A program made the translations under genes and the position numbers. This document shows, in pieces, positions 14,611 to 20,000 of a stretch of 20,000 nucleotides of DNA (the first letter of the stretch is position 1; every line of letters begins with the position of its first letter). Below the pieces are notes generated by a model that had not been told where the DNA came from, made no database searches, and worked only from the letters and a program-made list of their open reading frames with translations. The DNA lies in IMG/VR virus record IMGVR_UViG_3300031595_000004. The stretch is one strand, 5' to 3'. The stretch comes from an uncultured virus (IMG/VR IMGVR_UViG_3300031595_000004) (lineage: Duplodnaviria; Heunggongvirae; Uroviricota; Caudoviricetes).

Positions 14611-14832
14611 ATGCCTGTCATCTTCACGCAAGTCCAAGACCAAGAATTCGCCCGCGCCGAACTCCTCACCAACATCGCGTATCTCAAGACGAACGCGGAT
14701 AAGCTCAGTATCAAGACGAAGCTCCATGCGTACGCGCTCGTCCTCGATGCAATCCAAGAATACCTCGAAGCCGAGGAAGACCTGTCGGACCACGTCATAG
14801 AGGCCGCTATGGCGGTCGGGGAAGAAACATGA
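14611..14832 (+). CDS. hypothetical acidic protein
   Basis: RBS AGGGG; 73 aa; ATGA overlap downstream. Confidence 0.7.
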   Translation: MPVIFTQVQDQEFARAELLTNIAYLKTNADKLSIKTKLHAYALVLDAIQEYLEAEEDLSDHVIEAAMAVGEET

Positions 14833-15263
14833 GCGCCGCAAAGTTTAGGGTGCTAGCGTACGGGACTCTGGACGGTAAAAACTACGGTCCAATGATTGAC
14901 ATCGAGTATGCTGGGACTTCGATCGGATGGGTTGCAAAGGAAGGCATACCAGTCCATATCGGAAGTCTCACCATCGAGCCTGTCGGCGTATCACCTCCAT
15001 CTGTTTGTGGTCTTGCCGCAGTCGGCGGGTCTCCTACCTGCGAACTTGAGCGTGGGCACAAAGGCTTCCACGAGCACACCGAGAAAGATGAAACTGGTAA
15101 AGTCCGCACCTTCCACTGGGGAAAGGGTTGGCCGTCTACTGGCGACACTGAAGCCAGGCTCTTCCGAGCCCTCGAAGTGCTCAAGTACGTAGCAGACGTT
15201 TACCAGTCGCCACTCGTAAAGGAAGCTATCAAAGAGATAACGGCGGAGGAGTTCGTGCCATGA
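14829..15263 (+). CDS. hypothetical protein with C-x-L-x-x-GH-x-G-x-H motif
   Basis: CG...TCELERGHKGFH...W; the same motif occurs three times in ORF 18251. Confidence 0.75.
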   Translation: MSAAKFRVLAYGTLDGKNYGPMIDIEYAGTSIGWVAKEGIPVHIGSLTIEPVGVSPPSVCGLAAVGGSPTCELERGHKGFHEHTEKDETGKVRTFHWGKGWPSTGDTEARLFRALEVLKYVADVYQSPLVKEAIKEITAEEFVP

Positions 15264-15526
15264 TCCAAAATAGTAAGGTCGTGTACGACTCCGAGGGTGA
15301 GATCGTGTGTAGCCCGATCGTTCCGAGCGATTTTCGGACCACGTTGACGGGCGTTCGGGTGACGGCGAGACCGACGTGCACCATGCAAGTGAAGGTGAAC
15401 AAACCGGCCTTCTTCGTGCCTCCATCTGCGCCCATGCAAGAAATTCCATCGCAGTCAAACTGCCCGTCCGGACGGTTCCGGTACTGGAAATCGTGGCGAT
15501 CCGTTTTCGGACGTGGTACAAGCTAA
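15260..15526 (+). CDS. hypothetical protein (3' end uncertain)
   Basis: RBS GGAGGAG and ATGA overlap; an alternative frame (15376-15576) reaches the next gene. Confidence 0.5.
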   Translation: MIQNSKVVYDSEGEIVCSPIVPSDFRTTLTGVRVTARPTCTMQVKVNKPAFFVPPSAPMQEIPSQSNCPSGRFRYWKSWRSVFGRGTS

Positions 15527-15572
15527 AGAGTCGGCTGCGTAGACCGTTCTATCTAACTGAAGGAGCTAATTC

Positions 15573-16103
15573 ATGAACTACCGAGCCATCACCGCGTCAC
15601 TTCTCACTTTCTCGGCAGGATGCGGAGGCGCGGAGTTCACGCTGCAAAGTGCACCTGCCGCGGATACGGGAAACATCGTCACTACAGTAGACCCAATGCC
15701 GGAGCCGGATGCTCAAGCGACCCTGCCGACTGGGGACGCAGGCGACGCTGGGGACGCAGGCGACGCTGGGGACGCTGGGGACGCTGGGGACGCTGGGGAC
15801 GCTGGCGACGCTGGGGACGCTGGAAACGCCGCTTGCGATAGCGGAGCGCCGGTCATGACGACCTGCGCCGCAACGAACGAAAGTGGATACCTCTGGTTTA
15901 CGGCACCAACCCAATACTGTTCGATGTACGTGCAAAACCTAGCTGGAGTCATCACGTCACAAGGGCTAGCGGTACCGTCCGAATGCTTGTGTAATTACAC
16001 GTGCGATTGCCTTATCGCATCGAGCGCGGACCTCTGTCCAAACGGGGGAAAGTTCGTGAACTGTCAAAACGATAAGGGCGGTCTAATCGTGGACTGCAAG
16101 TAA
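15573..16103 (+). CDS. putative lipoprotein with GDA repeats and Cys-rich domain
   Basis: RBS AGGAG; signal peptide with lipobox-like SAGC; (GDA)10; about 9 Cys in the C-terminal domain. Confidence 0.8.
   Translation: MNYRAITASLLTFSAGCGGAEFTLQSAPAADTGNIVTTVDPMPEPDAQATLPTGDAGDAGDAGDAGDAGDAGDAGDAGDAGDAGNAACDSGAPVMTTCAATNESGYLWFTAPTQYCSMYVQNLAGVITSQGLAVPSECLCNYTCDCLIASSADLCPNGGKFVNCQNDKGGLIVDCK
15732..15830 (+). repeat. 9-bp coding tandem repeat, 11 units
   Basis: GG(G/C)GACGC(T/A) x10 plus GGAAACGCC. Confidence 0.95.
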
Positions 16104-16118
16104 GGAGGATCCGGCCAG

Positions 16119-16412
16119 ATGAATTTTGAAGAATTTCTCGTCTCTATCAAGGACCAACTCCAGAAGATGGGAACTCCCGATCCGGAGAAACACAACATCG
16201 ATTGCGGGAGCCGGGTCTGTTTCCTCTGCCGCTATCACGACAGCATCCCCGCTGATGAGGCGCTCATCGGAGCCCTTTTTCTAGGACACGATCTGTGCCT
16301 TGATTCGCCCGAAGTGCGCCTTCACGTACTCAATCGGCACTTCTGCAAGATTCACATCACTCTTTTCTACGAATTCATGAAAGTAGAAAAGCGGGAATCA
16401 TTCGGTAGGTAA
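16119..16412 (+). CDS. Cys/His-rich hypothetical protein
   Basis: Strong RBS AAGGAGG; 97 aa. Confidence 0.75.
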   Translation: MNFEEFLVSIKDQLQKMGTPDPEKHNIDCGSRVCFLCRYHDSIPADEALIGALFLGHDLCLDSPEVRLHVLNRHFCKIHITLFYEFMKVEKRESFGR

Positions 16413-16437
16413 GTAAGGAACTTCCGTACATCACAAG

Positions 16438-16458
16438 TTTTCCACAGGCTGTGGATAA
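16438..16458. promoter_or_regulatory. inverted pair of DnaA boxes
   Basis: TTTTCCACA (16438-16446), 3-nt gap, TGTGGATAA (16450-16458, reverse complement TTATCCACA); both fit TTWTNCACA. Confidence 0.65.
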
Positions 16459-16512
16459 GTGGTACGCGGTACCTGTGGAGGGAATAATTCGCACAATACC
16501 AATCCGTAGTTC

Positions 16513-16541
16513 TTGAATTGCCAAACACTCTCGACTAGTGT
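16513..16541 (+). promoter_or_regulatory. possible sigma70 promoter of the ParB-like gene
   Basis: TTGAAT, 17-nt spacer, TAGTGT. Confidence 0.45.
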
Positions 16542-16585
16542 CTAACCCCTCACAGCGTATCTCACGCACGCAGCGGCAGTACCTC

Positions 16586-17707
16586 ATGAAGCCTCAAACT
16601 CTCGTAGTGAAGACAAAGGCAGGCAAGCCAATGGCCGATCCGCAGAACATTATCAAAGAAGACGAAATCAAACACATTCCGCTCGCCGACATCTACGTGG
16701 ACTGGGCATGGAACTCGCGTTCCTTTGCGAACGTCGTCAGTGACCATTCCGAGAACGACAGCGACGCCGAGGGTATTACGGGACTTACGCGCGGCATCTT
16801 CCTCGACGGCCAGGACGAAGCTATCGTGCTTAGGCCGACAAGTGGCGAAGGTTTCTACAAAAAGGGCGCCAAGCAACCATACGCGCTCGTGGCAGGGTTC
16901 CGGCGCTTCGAAGCCATCCGACGCCTCAATAACCCAAAGGTCAAGACCGAGAAGGACCCGGGCGAAATCTCGGAAGACTTCGCGAAACTCATCGAAGAGC
17001 GAAAAGCCGCAAAAAAGTCCCTCGTCCCCAATACGGCGGACGGGACCATTCGGGCCGTGGTCAGGACTCTCGCCGAGTCCGAAGCTCGGATGTTGAACCT
17101 CCGGGAGAACACCAACCGCGATTCGCTCACGGCTCCCGACCTTATGATGGCGTGCAAGACCCTCAAGGAAAAGCACGATCTCACCGACACGCAAATTGCA
17201 GAGCATCTCGGCAAGTCCCAGGGGCACATTTCGATGCTCGGGCGCGTGGCCAAGTGCGACGGGGAAATCCTGAACCATTGGCGGAACGGCGGCGAGTTCC
17301 ACGGTCTTCCGGCCAACCTTCGCGCGACCGTGCGCGAGCTCGACGATATCTCTAAGCTCGAAGGCAAGGAAGCTCAGACCAAAGAGTACGTCAAGATTCT
17401 CCAGGCGAAGATCCCTGCCGGCGACGACAAGGACAATAACGCGTGGGTCAAGAGCGCCAAGAACAAGGCTGCCAAGATAGGCGCGCTCTTGGGCACACTC
17501 GAGAAAGCAGCCGTCCTCAAGGTTAATCCGAAGGTCGCTTCGGCGTGGCACGAGTTTATCGACCTCATCGTCAAAAACGGCAAGAAGGAACTCTCGGCGC
17601 GGCAGGCAAAATCGGTCGGAAAGGCCGCCGAAGAAGCGTACCTCGAAGCCCTCAATGCGGTCGAAGAAGAAGAAGAGGAGGACGAGGGAGACGACGCGAC
17701 GGCGTAA
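16586..17707 (+). CDS. ParB/RepB/Spo0J-like protein
   Basis: IPLADI...GQDEAIVLRP, YALVAGFRRFEA (GxRRxxA), ENTNRDSLT, HTH TDTQIAEHLGKSQGHISML, acidic tail. Start is ATG 16586 or 16631. Confidence 0.85.
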   Translation: MKPQTLVVKTKAGKPMADPQNIIKEDEIKHIPLADIYVDWAWNSRSFANVVSDHSENDSDAEGITGLTRGIFLDGQDEAIVLRPTSGEGFYKKGAKQPYALVAGFRRFEAIRRLNNPKVKTEKDPGEISEDFAKLIEERKAAKKSLVPNTADGTIRAVVRTLAESEARMLNLRENTNRDSLTAPDLMMACKTLKEKHDLTDTQIAEHLGKSQGHISMLGRVAKCDGEILNHWRNGGEFHGLPANLRATVRELDDISKLEGKEAQTKEYVKILQAKIPAGDDKDNNAWVKSAKNKAAKIGALLGTLEKAAVLKVNPKVASAWHEFIDLIVKNGKKELSARQAKSVGKAAEEAYLEALNAVEEEEEEDEGDDATA

Positions 17708-18023
17708 GTCAGGACTTCGGAGGGCTACGGAAGCAGGTCTCTAAGCCAAGAGTGAGCGGGTTTACCATCGCGCCCGAGCTCCCTATTGATGCTTAGACTA
17801 AATGTCTCTGTAGTTTGCGATTCTCGGCCGGAACGAGAACTCCGGAGACACCGGCAGTCGATGATCCGACGAGACTATCGTCGCCTAGGAACACGCTGAC
17901 AGACCGTGTCATCGCACGTCTGTCACCCTTCGGGGTTTTCGACTTTCGTACGCTGGGGCGTATCAGGTAGGACCGCTTGGCCCGAGTCCAAATTCATCCC
18001 ATAGAGAACTCAACCGTTTTACG
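17708..18023 (+). ncRNA. candidate structured non-coding RNA/element
   Basis: Unusually long gap for this window, with nested stems and a C(UUCG)G tetraloop at 17925-17936. Confidence 0.4.
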
Positions 18024-18242
18024 GTGTCGATCTCTATACAAGATCGGGCAGAGAGGAGTGGATGTCTTGATACGCTCCAGCGTAGGAGGGCCGAGAGATT
18101 GAAATACACACCACGTCACACGAAACTCCAAGGACGATTGTCCGTCCCCGCTCGCGCATACGAAGCGGAAAAGATGGTCCGAGAAGGGATGAAGCCTCGC
18201 CTCGTCGCAGAGCGATTCGGAGTATCCGAATCCATGAACTAG
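18024..18242 (+). CDS. small HTH protein, possibly truncated
   Basis: AEKMVREGMKPRLVAERFGVSES is HTH-like but stops within the recognition helix; start uncertain. Confidence 0.5.
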   Translation: MSISIQDRAERSGCLDTLQRRRAERLKYTPRHTKLQGRLSVPARAYEAEKMVREGMKPRLVAERFGVSESMN

Positions 18243-18250
18243 ATTCTACC

Positions 18251-18982
18251 ATGGACGGCATAGCTAACCCGCCGCCGCTATCACCAAAGAGACGGCCGAA
18301 ACCTGAACTCAAGTGGTCCTGCAAACGCTGCAATACTCCCATCGCAGAGAATAAGTCCAACCTCTGCAAAGCGTGCTTCAAAAAAAGACCGCTCATCTTC
18401 TGCAAAAAATGCGGAAAGAAGTGCCGGGCACGACGTAATGAGCTCTGTAACAGGTGCGCTCCTATTTGGTATAAGGCCCCTCCCGTCGAATTCGTGAAAG
18501 ACGGAGTCAAACTGTGCTGCTTCACTAGACACGAATCGTACGGAAAAGGGATTCAGAAGGACATCTTTCTCACCTGTCAACTGCCAGAAGGACACTTAGG
18601 AAGGCACGCTCAAGTAAGAGGGAAAGTCACTCACGAATGGGGAAGCATCTGCGGCGCCCTGAACCTCAGTCGTCCTTGCGTTCTACCGAAAGGACATATA
18701 GAGCCGCATCGAACATCGAAAGGGCTCACGTGGGGCAATGAGCCGCCGCCAGAGAAAAAGGCAGTCCCAATAGCCAAGAAGGTTCTGGCGGTCAAGGTTA
18801 GTAATAAACGATGCAACGTCCTCACGTTCTCAGGATCTTTCCACTGCGTTCTAAGACGTGGACACCTGGGAAGGCACGCTTACAAGTTTCAAGGACAATG
18901 GTTTGATTGGTCGGATAGAGATACTCGAGTTCGTCAAGTGAAAAAAGGAACTCTCCTATATGGTCAAAGAGGACCTAAATAA
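18251..18982 (+). CDS. basic multi-zinc-finger protein
   Basis: Four CxxC pairs, then CQLPEGHLGRH, CVLPKGHIEPH and CVLRRGHLGRH repeats, each followed by Trp. Confidence 0.75.
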   Translation: MDGIANPPPLSPKRRPKPELKWSCKRCNTPIAENKSNLCKACFKKRPLIFCKKCGKKCRARRNELCNRCAPIWYKAPPVEFVKDGVKLCCFTRHESYGKGIQKDIFLTCQLPEGHLGRHAQVRGKVTHEWGSICGALNLSRPCVLPKGHIEPHRTSKGLTWGNEPPPEKKAVPIAKKVLAVKVSNKRCNVLTFSGSFHCVLRRGHLGRHAYKFQGQWFDWSDRDTRVRQVKKGTLLYGQRGPK

Positions 18983-19205
18983 ACGCCTCAAACGATGTCT
19001 CGCCGCTTGGAGGAAGTCTATCGCCGAAGAACGATGCGGCGCCTGCGGAGCTCGAGTCCACCGAACACAAGAAGAGCTAGAGCTTGAAGCCGTCGCAACG
19101 AAGATCGAAGAGATAGAAGCCGAAGCACCCACGAGACCGAAGATGAAAAAGATCGGGGAGGGAGCTCCAAGACCTATCACCAATCGGCCGCCAAGGATAA
19201 AGTAG
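18960..19205 (+). CDS. hypothetical protein
   Basis: RBS AAGGA; 81 aa; CGAC. Confidence 0.6.
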   Translation: MVKEDLNKRLKRCLAAWRKSIAEERCGACGARVHRTQEELELEAVATKIEEIEAEAPTRPKMKKIGEGAPRPITNRPPRIK

Positions 19206-19238
19206 TCGGCTCTAGCCTGAAACTAGAGGAGTAATCGT

Positions 19239-19460
19239 ATGGCGAATGTAGGCTGCATCATACTTTGGTTTCTTGGAGGTTTCGAAATGTACTTGACGCT
19301 TATCAGTTTACCAAAGAGCGGTTTGCCAAAGAGACCAAGACCTCCGGATCATCCACCGTGGGCAGATACATGCGGAAACGTCTTTTGGGCTGTTCTATGG
19401 CCGCTCGCAGTGGTTATTCTTATTGTCAAGTGTCTCTTTTTCTACCTTTACGACGAATAA
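19239..19460 (+). CDS. small membrane protein with two TM segments
   Basis: RBS GAGGAG; two hydrophobic helices with a WP motif; stop is the TAA of the 13-bp motif. Confidence 0.75.
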   Translation: MANVGCIILWFLGGFEMYLTLISLPKSGLPKRPRPPDHPPWADTCGNVFWAVLWPLAVVILIVKCLFFYLYDE

Positions 19461-19551
19461 TTCACGCACTAATGTAGGTTCTTCTCCTACCTAATTCATG
19501 ACACTCTAGACACACTCTCGATTCAGTAGTGTGGGTACACTCATACCCACC

Positions 19552-19677
19552 ATGAACAGATGTCTTGTAATCGACGCGAAACGTCCCAACTGGTGGGCGT
19601 CTGAAGCCTGTTTGGAGTTCTGCCTATGCGGAGGGCTTGTGCTCGGAATCCTTGCCACTCTCCTCATAATCAGATAA
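19552..19677 (+). CDS. 41-aa single-TM peptide
   Basis: Below the ORF-track cutoff: MNRCLVIDAKRPNWWASEACLEFCLCGGLVLGILATLLIIR; no clear RBS. Confidence 0.4.
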   Translation: MNRCLVIDAKRPNWWASEACLEFCLCGGLVLGILATLLIIR

Positions 19678-19680
19678 GCT
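19652..19680 (+). promoter_or_regulatory. sigma70-type promoter
   Basis: TTGCCA (19652-19657), 17-nt spacer, TAAGCT (19675-19680). Confidence 0.5.
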
Positions 19681-19722
19681 AACCGCTCACGGTCCGAGTC
19701 TCCCTTACGGGAGCGAGTGACC

Positions 19723-19781
19723 CAAAGCCCCGTTCGGCCCTCCTGCCCCCCAGCGGCGACCCTGAACGGGGCTTTGCTTTT
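19723..19781 (+). terminator. intrinsic terminator
   Basis: 13-bp stem CAAAGCCCCGTTC / GAACGGGGCTTTG followed by CTTTT. Confidence 0.7.
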
Positions 19782-19867
19782 AAGCTTCCCCCCCTCCCCT
19801 TTCCCCACTCCACACTCCCTTTCCCCGCTCCCTCCAGGGACAGGCCGCCTTTCTAGTGATTGAACTT

Positions 19868-20000
19868 ACCTCCCTGCTCCCTGCTCCCCCGTCCAAGGTC
19901 CCCCGGACACCGGACTTCGGGCGAGGGGCCACCTCCCTGCTCCCTGCTCCCAGGTCCAAGGTCCACCGGACATCGGACATCGGACATCGGGCGAGGGGCT
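19868..20000. repeat. imperfect 63-70-bp tandem repeat with internal 7-mers
   Basis: Units 19868-19930 and 19931-20000: ACCTCCCTGCTCCCTGCTCCC..GTCCAAGGTCC.CCGGACA..CGGGCGAGGGGC. Internal CTCCCTG and CGGACAT iterations. Confidence 0.9.

Larger units (their letters stand above)
575..19505. repeat. dispersed 13-bp motif TAATTCAYGMACT at gene junctions
   Basis: Exact copies: 1521-1533(-), 2303, 8280, 9774, 11069, 12115, 14525, 15567, 19458. First-base variants: 4407, 14235. Degenerate: 575, 5485, 9495, 10257, 16371, 18228, 19492. Confidence 0.92.

Noticed and set aside
16051..16062. AGTTCGTGAACT, motif-like near-palindrome
   Set aside because: Internal to the lipoprotein CDS and mismatched; not counted as a motif copy.
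16562..17551. 329-aa minus ORF
   Set aside because: Antisense shadow of the ParB-like gene.
17708..17790. Possible tRNA after the ParB-like gene
   Set aside because: No TTC T-loop, canonical D arm or clean acceptor stem.
575..19505. CRISPR array interpretation of the 13-bp motif or other repeats
   Set aside because: Repeat too short, spacing irregular (tens to thousands of bp) with whole genes between copies, and no cas genes.

Overview
Gene-dense segment of a bacteriophage or phage-like element, covering its replication and accessory region. No capsid, tail, terminase or integrase gene is recognisable. A short leftward arm (1-1743, ending in a truncated RadA/Sms-like ATPase) diverges from a long rightward arm. 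The rightward arm encodes an SSB-like protein, a lysine-repeat basic protein, a DUF4406-like protein, an atypical protein-primed-type family B DNA polymerase, an SNF2/HARP-like helicase, a Gly-Asp-Ala-repeat lipoprotein (hinting at a myxobacterial host), a ParB-like protein preceded by paired DnaA boxes, and many small Cys/His-rich ORFs. The strongest unexplained signal is a 13-bp motif, TAATTCAYGMACT. It has 9 exact and about 9 variant copies, the exact ones co-oriented with transcription and nearly all at gene junctions, often supplying the stop and/or start codon. Also seen: a family of CCG-TAC promoters, face-to-face promoters, two candidate small RNAs, a structured ~300-nt intergenic region and GC-rich tandem repeats at the right edge. 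Family assignments come from motif recognition only; no database search was run.
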